Shown one piece after another: positions 1 through 11,628 of a stretch of DNA of 64,000 nt. The position numbers and the translations under genes were made by a program. Under the pieces are notes generated by a model. It saw only the letters and a list, made by a program, of their open reading frames with translations. It had not been told where the DNA came from and did no database searches. Positions within the stretch are counted from its first letter, which is position 1; each line of letters opens with the position of its first letter. Origin of the DNA: Selaginella moellendorffii. Taxonomy: Eukaryota > Plantae > Lycopodiophyta. The stretch covers positions 3,604,559 to 3,668,558 of the forward strand of contig NW_003314268.1 of assembly GCF_000143415.4 (NCBI RefSeq). Reading direction: 5' to 3'.

Positions 1-150
1 CGAGCGCAGCGTGATGCCCAGCCGTGCCTCTGCCCTCATTGTCGCTCTGTGTGCACAGCGTGTGGGCGTCCCTTCCAGCGATTCCCACCGCCTCCTCCCC
101 CTCCTCGCTTCTAGCTTACTCCGCTGTCGTGTCCTTTCTCCTAGAAAATA

Positions 151-3100
151 ATGGCTACCAGTACTCCACCTCGCTCTACATCCAGAACCACCCTAGCAAG
201 CACCATGGCCATCCCGGCTGGCAACTGGGATGCAGGATGGGAGAAGCTACTCCAGAAGTTCACGGGCGAGAACTTCACAACTTGGAAGACCAAAGTCCAA
301 TTAATCTTAATGGCAAAAGATTGTTGGGATTTGGTGGAGGGAACCGAAGTGAGACCTCCAGATACAGAAGCAGCCTTGCAGGCTACTTGGGACTCAAAGA
401 ACCACAAAGCCCTTTCCGTGATTGGACTGGGTCTTGGAGATGAATTTATTCATCTCCTTGATCTAGAAAAATCCGCCAAGGCCAATTGGGACTCCCTTTC
501 CCAAGTCTTTGCAGCCAAAGCCGCTAATGCTAAATTGGTTCTGACCCAGAAATTTTTCTCCCTACGCATGCAGCCTGGTGAGACAATGGCAACATACATC
601 GGGAAGCTCAAGGGCTTAATGCAGCAGCTGAAGGAAGTAGGTGCTGCAGTTTCCGATGACTATGCAAAAGCCTTCTTGCTGTACTCTGTATCCCCAGAGT
701 TGCAACAATCGTCCTCCATGCTTTCTTTTGTCCCAGGCAAAACCATGGAGGAGCTCTACTCTGATCTGCTCGAGGAAGAGCGCAAGATTGCCGAGCGTCA
801 AGCTGCCCATCAAGGATCCCCTCAGGCTGCTCGTGAGCAGGCCTTGTTTCTTGGTAAGAAACAATCGAGTGGGGAGCAGAAGAAAGGAGGCACTAGCCGT
901 GGGCCTCGTATCTCTTCTGCTATAACTCCCAGCTCTGGATCTAACTTCTCCAAGAAGAAAAAGGGTCCTTGCAACTATTGTGGAAAGATGGGGCATGTCG
1001 AGCGTGAGTGCCGTGCAAAGAAGGCTGCCACCCAGCGCATGCTTACCCAGAGCAACTCGTTGTTGATGATGGCTCTTTACCCATCACCGGTGTCTGCTCT
1101 TGAGGTTCTATGGTTGGATAGTGGTGCCTCCTTTCACATGACTCCCTTAAGGTTTGCCTTTCACACTTACAAAGCTCTTCAAGCTCCACAACAGGTTTAT
1201 GTCGGCGACAAGCGACCACTCCAGGTGGAAGGTCGTGGCATGGTGGTGATCAGGCTATCCGATGGACCTCTTAAGGAGGTTCATCACGTGTACTTTGTAC
1301 CTGAAGCAGGGCAGACAGTTCTTTCTATTGGTGCAGCCTCAGATCAAGGCTTTACTACCACCTTCTTCCCAAAAGGGTGTACCATCCATGGTCGTGATGG
1401 TACTCCTGTAGCCAGTGGCGTGAGGTATGAAACACTCTACCGTTTAAACGCAGAACTGGTTTTTCCAGCTCAAGTGCTTGCTTTCCGAGCACAAGACACC
1501 ATTGAGCTCTGGCATGCTCGTTTGGGGCATGTCAATGAACGAGATCTGCATGCCTTAGCTCGTCACCAGCATGCTAAAGGCATCACGCTCCCAGCTGGCC
1601 ATCTGGGCGTGTGTGAAACTTGCTATCTTGGGAAGCAAGTTCGCCTTCCTTTTCCATCGAGAACCATGGAGGACCAAGCTACAGGCTTACTGGATCTGGT
1701 TCACAGTGACGTGTGCTACCTGCCCGTGGAAACACTCAGCCGCAAGAGGTACTTTGTATCTTTTATCGATGACCATTCCAGATATGCTGTGGTGAGCCTT
1801 CTCCACGCCAAGAGCGAAGTGTTCAACCACTTTAAGTTTTTTAAGAGCTGGGCAGAGACGTCTACTGGTCGAAAGATTCGTGTGTTACGCACAGATGGTG
1901 GTGGAGAGTACTTGAACAGAGAGTTTCTCAACTTTCTAGCTGAGGCTGGCATCGTTCATCAGTACACGACAGCCTATACTCCTCAACAGAACGGTGTGGC
2001 AGAGCGCCTCAATCGCACTCTGCTAGAGACTGTTCGTTGCCTTCTCCAGCACGCAGGCATACCCAACTCCTTTTGGGGTGAAGCTATTAACACGGCTGTT
2101 TACATCCGTAACCGCCTTCCCACAAGGAGCACTGGTGTGGTTCCTTATCACGCTTGGACTGGGAAGCGTCCTCAGTTAGGGCACTTGAGGGTCTTCGGCT
2201 GTACAGCGTATGCTCGCATTCCAGATGCGATTCGGCAAAAGCTGGATCCTAGGAGCCAGAAGACCATCTTCGTGGGCTATCATGCTCATTCCAAGGCCTA
2301 CCGCCTCTATAATCTTGCTCTCAAGAAGCTCGTGGTCAGCCGAGATGTCTCTTTCAATGAGCAAGAGCTTTATCGCCACATTCAAGGTACTATTCCTTCC
2401 AGTTCTAACTTGGTGGACTTGACCCCAGTGCTGGAAGACGAGCTCACCCACCCACCAGCACCAGCAGTCCAGAGGCTGCTTGTCCCAGAAGGAGGAACAC
2501 CTCCTCCACTTGGTGATGAGCCTTCTCCAGCAACTCCGCTGCTACCAGCTCCTCTGGTCACTTCGGTGGCTACTAGCAGCAACACTACTTCATCCAGTGA
2601 GCAGAATCTTGCTGCTACTGTGGATGAGCTGTTTGTTGGTGAAGAAACAGTTGGAGGATCTTCCCACTCACCTCCAGATTCTTTCATGACACCACCACCT
2701 CGTCAAGAGATTGGAGCTGTTACCCGTTCAGGACGAGTGAGCAAGCCAACGGTCAAAGCTCTAGAATCTCTTGCTCAAGCTCCACGCAAGAAGGGATTCT
2801 ATTGGGCCATGAGCTCCATTGCTGAACCTCGTGGCTACCAGGCTGCCCTCTCCAGTCCTGATGCCTCACACTGGCAAGCGGCCATGCAGGACGAGTATGA
2901 CTCACTGATCAAGAATGGAACCTGGACATTGGTTCCCCTCCCTCCTGGCAGGAAGGCAGTCACAGCCAAGTGGCTGTTCAAGAAGAAATATCGAGCTGAT
3001 GGCAGCATTGAGCGCTACAAGGCACGATTTGTAGCTCGTGGTTTCTCTCAGATCCAGGGAGTTGATTACTCTGAAACTTATAGCCCTGTTGTAAAGCTGA

Positions 3101-4422
3101 CAACAATTCGTGTTTTGATGAGCCTTGCAGCTGAGCTCGACCTGGAGCTCCATCAACTTGATGTGAGAACTGCATTCCTGAACGGTGATCTTGAGGAGGA
3201 GGTGTACGTTGCCCAGCCTCCTGGGTTTATACGTCCCGGACAGGAGCATCTCGTCTGCCGCTTGCACAAGGCTCTCTACGGGCTGAAACAAAGCCCCAGG
3301 TCATGGTACACTAAAATTAACAGCTTTCTAACCTCGTTGGGCTTTACTCGCAGCACGGCTGATAATAATCTCTACATATATCGAGATGGCCAAGGATTTT
3401 TATTCTTAGCCTTATATGTGGACGATACAATATTAGCCTCCAATCAGATGCGACTCATCCACCGCATCAAGGCCTCTCTCGCTGCTAAATTCGAGATGAC
3501 CGATCTGGGAACCTTGCACTACTGTCTGGGAATTCAAGTTTGCCGGGATAGGCAACATGGAGTACTTGAGCTCTCACAGGAGAAATACATCCATGACATT
3601 CTCCAGAGGTACTCCATGCTTAACGCTAATCCAGTGGCTACTCCTATGGAAGCAGGCTCAAAGTTGTCCAAGGCTTGTAGTTTGACATCAACCTCTGATG
3701 ACACTCCCGAGGAGGAGACCACAACACTGTACCGTTCAGTGGTCGGGAGCCTCATCTACTTGATGGTCTCAACTAGGCCTGACCTTGCATTCAGTGTGGG
3801 AGCAGTCTCAAAGTTCCTGGACAATCCATCACCCTCACATTGGGCTGCTGTGAAGCGGATCATGAGGTATGTGAGTGGCACAAGGAAGTTCACACTGAGA
3901 TATGCAAGAGGAGATGGAGACAACGGCCTGGTGGGATTCACAGACGCAGACTGGGCAGGAGATCCAGATGACAGAAGATCCACCTCAGGGTATGTCTTCA
4001 TGTACAACCATAACGTGGTTAGTTGGTGTTCCAGGAGGCAGCAGATCACTGCGATGTCATCATGCGAATCTGAATACATCGCAGCTGCAGCAGCAGCGAA
4101 AGAGGCCATCTGGCTTAAGACGTTGCTGCAGGACCTCGGGATTCAAATTCCAGCAGTCAAACTCTACTGCGACAATATGTCGGCAATAGCGTTGACTCGG
4201 GATGCGAGATTTCACTCACGCACCAAGCACATTGAGTTGAGGTTCCATTTCATCCGGGATCAAGTCAACAATGGAACAATCAACCTGGAATTCTGTCCGA
4301 CCAGCTCAATGGTCGCTGATATCCTAACGAAGTCCTTGCCTCGAGTGAAGCATGAACTCTTCCTCAAATCATTCCGTTTGACTGACGGTGCGAGCCTTGA
4401 GGAGGAGTGTGGAGACAAGTGA
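151..4422 (+). CDS. Ty1/copia gag-pol polyprotein (intact, 1423 aa)
   Basis: CCHC knuckle CNYCGKMGHVEREC, protease WLDSGAS, WHARLGH, integrase (RTDGGGEY, PQQNGVAER), RT LYVDD and RNase H in copia order. The stop codon lies inside the 3' LTR. Confidence 0.97.
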   Translation: MATSTPPRSTSRTTLASTMAIPAGNWDAGWEKLLQKFTGENFTTWKTKVQLILMAKDCWDLVEGTEVRPPDTEAALQATWDSKNHKALSVIGLGLGDEFIHLLDLEKSAKANWDSLSQVFAAKAANAKLVLTQKFFSLRMQPGETMATYIGKLKGLMQQLKEVGAAVSDDYAKAFLLYSVSPELQQSSSMLSFVPGKTMEELYSDLLEEERKIAERQAAHQGSPQAAREQALFLGKKQSSGEQKKGGTSRGPRISSAITPSSGSNFSKKKKGPCNYCGKMGHVERECRAKKAATQRMLTQSNSLLMMALYPSPVSALEVLWLDSGASFHMTPLRFAFHTYKALQAPQQVYVGDKRPLQVEGRGMVVIRLSDGPLKEVHHVYFVPEAGQTVLSIGAASDQGFTTTFFPKGCTIHGRDGTPVASGVRYETLYRLNAELVFPAQVLAFRAQDTIELWHARLGHVNERDLHALARHQHAKGITLPAGHLGVCETCYLGKQVRLPFPSRTMEDQATGLLDLVHSDVCYLPVETLSRKRYFVSFIDDHSRYAVVSLLHAKSEVFNHFKFFKSWAETSTGRKIRVLRTDGGGEYLNREFLNFLAEAGIVHQYTTAYTPQQNGVAERLNRTLLETVRCLLQHAGIPNSFWGEAINTAVYIRNRLPTRSTGVVPYHAWTGKRPQLGHLRVFGCTAYARIPDAIRQKLDPRSQKTIFVGYHAHSKAYRLYNLALKKLVVSRDVSFNEQELYRHIQGTIPSSSNLVDLTPVLEDELTHPPAPAVQRLLVPEGGTPPPLGDEPSPATPLLPAPLVTSVATSSNTTSSSEQNLAATVDELFVGEETVGGSSHSPPDSFMTPPPRQEIGAVTRSGRVSKPTVKALESLAQAPRKKGFYWAMSSIAEPRGYQAALSSPDASHWQAAMQDEYDSLIKNGTWTLVPLPPGRKAVTAKWLFKKKYRADGSIERYKARFVARGFSQIQGVDYSETYSPVVKLTTIRVLMSLAAELDLELHQLDVRTAFLNGDLEEEVYVAQPPGFIRPGQEHLVCRLHKALYGLKQSPRSWYTKINSFLTSLGFTRSTADNNLYIYRDGQGFLFLALYVDDTILASNQMRLIHRIKASLAAKFEMTDLGTLHYCLGIQVCRDRQHGVLELSQEKYIHDILQRYSMLNANPVATPMEAGSKLSKACSLTSTSDDTPEEETTTLYRSVVGSLIYLMVSTRPDLAFSVGAVSKFLDNPSPSHWAAVKRIMRYVSGTRKFTLRYARGDGDNGLVGFTDADWAGDPDDRRSTSGYVFMYNHNVVSWCSRRQQITAMSSCESEYIAAAAAAKEAIWLKTLLQDLGIQIPAVKLYCDNMSAIALTRDARFHSRTKHIELRFHFIRDQVNNGTINLEFCPTSSMVADILTKSLPRVKHELFLKSFRLTDGASLEEECGDK

Positions 4423-4571
4423 TGACAAGTCTCCACGTCAGCAAAGAAGACAAGTCATTCATCCAAGACACCAACCGCCAAGCGTCACACCCATACCGTT
4501 ATGTACATAACCATACCAAAGCAATGAAGTCGACAGAGCATTCCGCATACACAAAAAATCACACATCTACA
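4408..4571 (+). repeat. Putative 3' LTR (164 bp) of the copia element
   Basis: TG...CA ends, PPT upstream, host sequence downstream. The second LTR is not visible for confirmation. Confidence 0.75.
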
Positions 4572-4637
4572 GTATCTGTCCGGAACGCTGTCCAGCGTCC
4601 CGTTGCAGCTGTCAACAAATGCCTTGATGCCAGCCAT
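4572..4637 (-). pseudogene. 2OGD copy A: first 22 codons, disrupted by copia
   Basis: Reverse complement of 8045-8110 (MAGIKAFVDSCNGTLDSVPDRY). Confidence 0.9.
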
Positions 4638-5060
4638 GGATGAAACTGTGTAAGCAAGAAAGCTTCAAAGATGAAAAATGGAAATGTAAGGCTTTCTCAA
4701 CTTTGAGATGCGGATATCCGTGTCCCCCCAGTGCCCTGCTTATATAGTTGCAATTTTCAAGTGGGCAGCACGAAGATGCTAAGAACGTTACCATTGCGCC
4801 GAATTCGGATCCGCCCCCGCTCAAGACCATTTTGTGGACCTTTCCGTATCCGTGATCTGACCAGCGTCCACATGCGGCCTGCCTCGGATCCACATCAAGC
4901 GTCAAAGCTCAACTTAGTTGACCCACCGGAAAAATCCATGAACCTTCGCAATTGTCACGTTTTCTAGTGTGCTTTGAGAAACGAAAAGATCGTCCACGCA
5001 AGCGACGGCTGCATTCGGGGCGTCACATGGACTGCAATACGAACAAGCATAAGAAACGAT
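4572..5060. repeat. Inverted repeat arm pairing with 7622-8110
   Basis: Near-identical reverse complement. Mirror ORFs 4612..4905/7777..8070 and 4731..4967/7715..7951 differ by one residue in total. Confidence 0.95.
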
Positions 5061-5415
5061 CAACTCCGAAGCATCCAGACACCACGAGAGTCTGTCGATC
5101 AACTTGAAAGCATCCAGACACCACCGCCAACTGACAAGTCTGAAACTCAGCTCGCGGATATGAATTGCACCCGTAGTGCTCTGCAAGTCGTCGACATTCT
5201 CCTTCTCAAGCTTCCAGCGCTTGCAGCTACAGATGGTTCCAAGTTCCGGTGAGAGGGAAGGACTACAGGCTCGTCCAGCATCGACACGTGGCTCATGGTG
5301 ATCGCAACTTCCTGCGGCCTGGGAACCGTGTCTACCTTCTACAGCAACTTGGGCCAGCTGAGCGACTCCACCGCGAGGATGAACATCTTCGTGGCTCTCC
5401 TCAACATCTGGGACT
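5058..5415 (+). pseudogene. Nodulin-like/NFD4-family MFS pseudogene, middle part
   Basis: PVRGKDY followed, after a frameshift, by SIDTWLMVIATSCGLGTVSTFYSNLGQL...IFVALLNIWD. Matches the family pattern RGEDY...SIDxWL...NLGQ...IWNF. Confidence 0.8.
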
Positions 5416-6129
5416 GGTAAGGTGTGAGTACAAAGCGACCGCAGATAGCTGGGAGCACTATGTGTTTAACGCCCTCCCTGCAAGCAAATGAAACAACGCC
5501 CCTGTAATAGCAAAAGCACAATGTATCAAGTGTGCTACACACTCCGGCATACCTGTAACTTTATCAAAGTGCTTAGCAGCGTTGGAGCATTTTGGGCCTC
5601 GAGAAGGTGAAAAGCGAATAAGAAAAAGAACCTCATTAAATATTTCTGAAAAGGAAAACAGAAAAGATTTCTTTTTCTTATTCGTTGGCACATTACAAGC
5701 TCGTTTGCGGATTGAAAGTGTACAATGGACACAAGTGCATCAATCCGAGTGGTGAAAGCGCTTGTATAGGTAAACTGCTTGGTAAAGCGAACTTGGACGG
5801 GTCAGCCTCTCGTCCTTCGCATATTAACACATACCCAGCACTCTGATGTTCCCACCAGATCCTGCAACTCGTCATTCATCCTGCAAAAGAACCACCGATG
5901 TTTCTAAAAAGTACGCTGTACATATCTTACTTTGAGAATGCGAGCTCCAGAGCTCTCGGTGTACCACTGCTCGAATGCGATCCATGAGTCGAGATCGGCA
6001 TAACTTGAGAATTTCGAGTTGTGGTGCACATCTGTTACCTTTGGAAGAGCTGCATGGAAAATTACTACAACTCGCCTCCATCTTCACTGCTGGTGTGCAC
6101 CTGGAAATCTCTCAAACATTAGGAATTTG

Positions 6130-6969
6130 ATGTGGATGTGGGAGTACGATTGTCTGGAGCGCGGGTGGAGCGATCGCGCGTGGGCAATGCAGTGCCCAAC
6201 ACCAGCGAGGGTTCAAGATTATATGAGCAGGTTCGTGGATCTTCCCGAGGAGCAGCGGCAATGGGCGGAGAGTGTCTACTCGAATGGGGAAGGATTGGAG
6301 CTTTTTCTTTTCCAGGTGAACGCCATCGAAGGCGAGGGCTTTGAGTTGTATAAAGAGACCCAGGAGGCGATTGCCGCAGGCGCGCTGCTGGATGGCTCTC
6401 AAGATATGAGCCAAGAGGCTGAAGCCATGCGTTGCCTCCACAGGGCATTTGCACATCAGCTCCAAGGAAGCAATCCAAACTTGGCACCGAGGTTGAGCGT
6501 TTCTGGCATTCTGGATGCGCACAGGTGCCTGATGACCTCGAGCAAGCCAGACATCGCCGGGAGGCTGAGGCGCGAGGACGAGATTGCCTTCACCATGACG
6601 ACACTGAACTTGCCGCATGTTTTCATGTGGCCTTCGGACGTGGAGGGAGCTCTTCACAGGCTCGTGGATGAAACCAATGCGGAGCTAGAGGAGCTCTTCG
6701 CGAGAGATTGTCACGACCGGACTGAGAGACTTCTCAAGCTCGGGGCACGGTTCTTCCTCGAGTTTGAGAACATCCATCCTTTCAAGGATGGGAATGGGAG
6801 GATCGGGAGAGTACTGCTCGCAAAGCTATTGCAGTCACTTGCGCCGTTCCCGAATACCTTGTTGGTGGAAAGTATGAAGCAGGACCCTCCGTTTGTGGAC
6901 GGGGATGACTACCGGGAATGCTTCGAAAAGAGCACGAGTTCGATCGTAGCGAGGAAGGTGGCGCGCTGA
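6130..6969 (+). CDS. Fic/DOC-domain protein (class II-like), possibly C-terminally truncated
   Basis: Canonical HPFKDGNGRIGR, upstream VNAIEG inhibitory-like motif, ILDAHRCLM...AGRLR. No intron apparent. First in-frame ATG at 6130. Confidence 0.85.
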   Translation: MWMWEYDCLERGWSDRAWAMQCPTPARVQDYMSRFVDLPEEQRQWAESVYSNGEGLELFLFQVNAIEGEGFELYKETQEAIAAGALLDGSQDMSQEAEAMRCLHRAFAHQLQGSNPNLAPRLSVSGILDAHRCLMTSSKPDIAGRLRREDEIAFTMTTLNLPHVFMWPSDVEGALHRLVDETNAELEELFARDCHDRTERLLKLGARFFLEFENIHPFKDGNGRIGRVLLAKLLQSLAPFPNTLLVESMKQDPPFVDGDDYRECFEKSTSSIVARKVAR

Positions 6970-7068
6970 CACAGAGCATGAAAAGAGCTTGGATCGATCG
7001 TATGATCTTTACCGAGATCAGAGAAGACATGGCCATCTGAGACGACGTTGTAGTGCATGTAGGAATTA

Positions 7069-7601
7069 CTCGTGGTGTCTGGATGCTTCGGAGTTGATCG
7101 ACAACACCAGCACCGTTCGAATGTGATCGAAGCTCAGCTTGGACAACCAGAACAACCACAAGTAGTACGATGACCAACATCGAGGCTGGAAGCCTGCTCG
7201 GTATGCTCCCCTCAATGACTGTGACGACGATGAGATAGGCCCTTAAGGCAAAGGTGGGGTAGAGGAACGAGCTGAGAATGGACTTGTCGCTGGACTTCTC
7301 GACGACAGGCCCAGGCCCGAGGAAGAGGCCAAGCAGTAGATACAGGAACGTTGGTAGAAGCCCAAGGAGGAGCTGACATGGAACTGGAAAAAAGTCTGGA
7401 ACACAACCGCGAATGGCCAGGAAAGCCATGCTGGTACCGAGATGATGTTATTGACGGACTCTTGCCTGTAACACAGGGAGATTTTGAGCTGAAGCTGGTG
7501 AGCGTGCCTCCGGTGCATGCTATCAGGTAGAAGCCCGACACTGCGATGACCCAGCGATTGCTGGCGATGGAGAAGAGCTCCCTCGCCATTGCTAGAGCCA
7601 T
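7069..7601 (-). pseudogene. Nodulin-like/NFD4 MFS N-terminal fragment (copy B)
   Basis: MARELFSIASNRWVIAVSGFYLIACTGG, LKISLCYRQ; frameshifted. Confidence 0.75.
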
Positions 7602-8044
7602 TGCCGACTTCGCAGGTAATAATCGTTTCTTATGCTTGTTCGTATTGCAGTCCATGTGACGCCCCGAATGCAGCCGTCGCTTGCGTGGACGATCTTTTCG
7701 TTTCTCAAAGCACACTAGAAAACGTGACAATTGCGAAGGTTCGTGGATTTTTCCGGTGGGTCAACTAAGTTGAGCTTTGACGCTTGATGTGGATCCGAGG
7801 CAGGCCGCATGTGGACGCTGGTCAGATCACGGATACGGAAAGGTCCACAAAATGGTCTTGAGCGGGGGCGGATCCGAATTCGGCGCAATGGTAACGTTCT
7901 TAGCATCTTCGTGCTGCCCACTTGAAAATTGCAACTATATAAGCAGGGCACTGGGGGGACACGGATATCCGCATCTCAAAGTTGAGAAAGCCTTACATTT
8001 CCATTTTTCATCTTTGAAGCTTTCTTGCTTACACAGTTTCATCC

Positions 8045-9224
8045 ATGGCTGGCATCAAGGCATTTGTTGACAGCTGCAACGGGACGCTGGACAGCGTTCC
8101 GGACAGATACATGATGCCGAATGGAGCTGCCGATGTCTCCCGGTACGCGGTGCTGCCGATAGTCGATCTGGCGAGCAAGAGCTTCGAGAGGGATCTCGTT
8201 GACGCTTGCGCAAAGTACGGAATGTTCTACGTAAGTTTTCAAGAAGTGTCTTTTTCCTGTAGTACATGTTTGCTAAATGGATGTACTTCTTGTTCAGCTC
8301 AAGAACCACGGCATTCACACCGAGGACGTGATGAGGTGTGCTCTCGAGTTCTTCAACTCGCCCAGCGAGGACAAGATGCGGTACTACACCGAGGAGATCT
8401 TCACGCCCGTCCGCTACTGCACCAGCATGATGCCTTCGAAGGAAGAGAAGCTCGAGTGGCACGACCACCTCCAGATGTGGCTCAAGGAAGAGTCCCTCGG
8501 AGCGCACCCCTGGCCCGCGTTCCCAGCCAGCTACAAGTCAGTATCTCACTCCGTGATTATGGTATTGCTCTAGATTGCTGATGCTCTATATGCAACAGGG
8601 ACGTTGGATCCGAGTACGCCAGAAACATCTTCAAGCTCGGGAAGAGGATGCTGTTGGTCATGTCTGAGGGACTTGGCCTCCGCACAAACCGTCTTCTGGA
8701 AGCATTTGAAGACATGGTTCTTCTGACGAGAGCCAACTTCTATCCGGCTTGCCCGAATCCGAGGCAAGCCTTGGGGATGGAAGGTCACACCGACAGTGGT
8801 GGCCTCACGTTTGTGCTCCAGGATGGAGTCGGGGGATTGCAGCTCAAGCAAGGCGAGGATTGGTACAATGTGAGGCCACTCGAGGGAATGCTGGTGGTTA
8901 ACATGGGCGATCAGCTAGAGGTACCAGCAGTCGAAAACTTTTTGAGAAACTGTGGATTGATCTTAGTCTTGGTTGGTTGTCTTGTATCAGAAGCTGAGCA
9001 ATGGGAGATACAAGAGCATACTGCACAGGGTGATGGTGAACTCGAAGAGCTCGAGGCTGTCCGTTGGGGCGTTCCTGGGGCCGTCACTAGATGCGGAGAT
9101 CAGCCCGATTCCAGAGCTGGTGAGCCAGGAGAGTCCGGCAAAGTACCGCAGCAGGACTTACAGGGACTACATGCACGAGGTGTACACGGAGCACTTCTCC
9201 GGGAAGAATGTCTATGTGGCTTGA
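8045..9224 (+). CDS. 2-oxoglutarate/Fe(II)-dependent dioxygenase (DOXC type), copy B; exons 8045-8230, 8298-8536, 8599-8920, 8991-9224 (326 aa)
   Basis: GT-AG introns give an open frame. NHGI, NFYPACP, HTD...H iron triad and RLS 2OG-binding motif. Confidence 0.93.
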
Positions 9225-9755
9225 GCCTTGGATAGTCATAGGCACCAATTTTTTTCCTCATCTCACAGATTTTTGCTCACAAGGATCTTAATGTGATAAG
9301 CCACATACGAAATTTGCTCCCTTGACCGACTGTGTGCTGCCTAGAAGGTCGTAAAAGCTTAACAATCACACTTTGTGCTGCCTAGAAGGTCGTAAAGTTT
9401 AACAATCTGCGAAGGAATAAGAGAAATTTTCGTTAACGGGTGTCTTATTATATAAATAATTTATAGCTGAATTTTTGTAACGTTCAGGTGTCCACTCTTT
9501 TTATTTTCATTGGCTTTAGATTGTTAGCTGTGTCAAGTCCAGTGAAAACCACACCGGCAATCAACTAGAACTTCGATAGAAAATTAAGTGTGCTGGGCGG
9601 GAACGTGAGCGTGGGAATGGAGGGAGAGAGAAGACTTCCACAACAAACTTGCAAACTTGTTTGCTCAGTCTCATGCTTTTTGTTGGGCACTCCAAAACAG
9701 AATATAGAATAAAATAGATTATCCAAAGGAAACCTGAAATATACCACATACAAGA

Positions 9756-10150
9756 TCCTGGGAGCAGTCGGCTGCGGCTTCGTAGGAGTATCTCGGAGGT
9801 GTCCGAGATACTCCTCAGAAGTTTGGCATTGGACGGCCGTTCGTCTTCGCTGCTGTGGTTGGCTCTCTAGCGCTCGGCAACTTGCTCATCGCCTTGGGCC
9901 TTCCCGGTGCGTTGTACATCGGCTCCATCATCATACATCGCAAAGGGGATTGGGACGTTCGTCCTGTCGGTGGAAGTTGGGGGTGTGTTCTACGATCGGC
10001 AAGCCAGGAGATATCGGGGCCCTGACACGCTGGAGACCGGGCTCTTGTGCCACGGTGCCAAGTGCTACAGCGAAACCTTCTTCGTCATGGCCGCCACCTG
10101 TTTGTTTGGGTGCGCCATTGCCGGAGGCGAGGCCCAGGTTGATGAGAAAA
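9756..10150 (+). pseudogene. Nodulin-like/NFD4 MFS pseudogene, C-terminal part
   Basis: FLGAVGCGF..SEILLR, FGIGRPFVF..LLIALGLPGALYIGSII, VGGVFYDRQA..CHGAKCYSETFFVMAATCLFG. Joins in frame to 5415. Confidence 0.82.
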
Positions 10151-10522
10151 GTTGCTGCTGCTGACGATGCTAGCAGAGCTCTCATCTTCCAATTTTTTTT
10201 TTTGGTTCCAAGCTATACAAGAACCAAAGACTTGAAATTAGCACCCAGAACCAAAGAAAAACAAGAGTAGAATAGGATGAATGCGTTTTAGAAATAGAGA
10301 ACTCGCCGGAGGGCGACCAAATGCTTTATTTCTCATTCCACTGGAGGGCCGTGCATTTCAATCGGAGGGAAGAATGCTATCATCCAGCGCCAGAGCGCTT
10401 GGGATCGGTCGATCTATAATGCAGGATCACCAGAGCCGTGCCTTTAAACCTGATGATCGCCACAAGCCCTTTTAGGGCTTTTTTGCCCTTTTGATTTAGT
10501 TTCCTAATCTAATCTAATCTAA

Positions 10523-11628
<1,106 letters not shown>

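Larger units (their letters stand above)
1..4571 (+). mobile_element. Copia LTR retrotransposon; 5' LTR outside the window
   Basis: PPT GAGGAGGAG precedes TGTGGA at 4408. The element ends TCTACA at 4571, where 2OGD homology begins abruptly. Confidence 0.9.
7052..9755. repeat. Segmental duplication, direct copy at 49580-52539
   Basis: Colinear high identity from AGTGCATGTAGG to CATACAAGA, with indels. Confidence 0.95.

Noticed and set aside
5600-7050. Fic ORF as bacterial contamination or toxin-antitoxin module
   Set aside because: It lies within a segment bounded by plant sequences that are duplicated elsewhere in the window, and no antitoxin ORF or operon signals were seen. Long reads should still confirm this.
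5416-9755. Helitron interpretation of the insert
   Set aside because: The minus strand starts TC but has no CTRR end. Helitron-style boundaries would not restore the IWDFLG frame or match the 52539/52540 junction.
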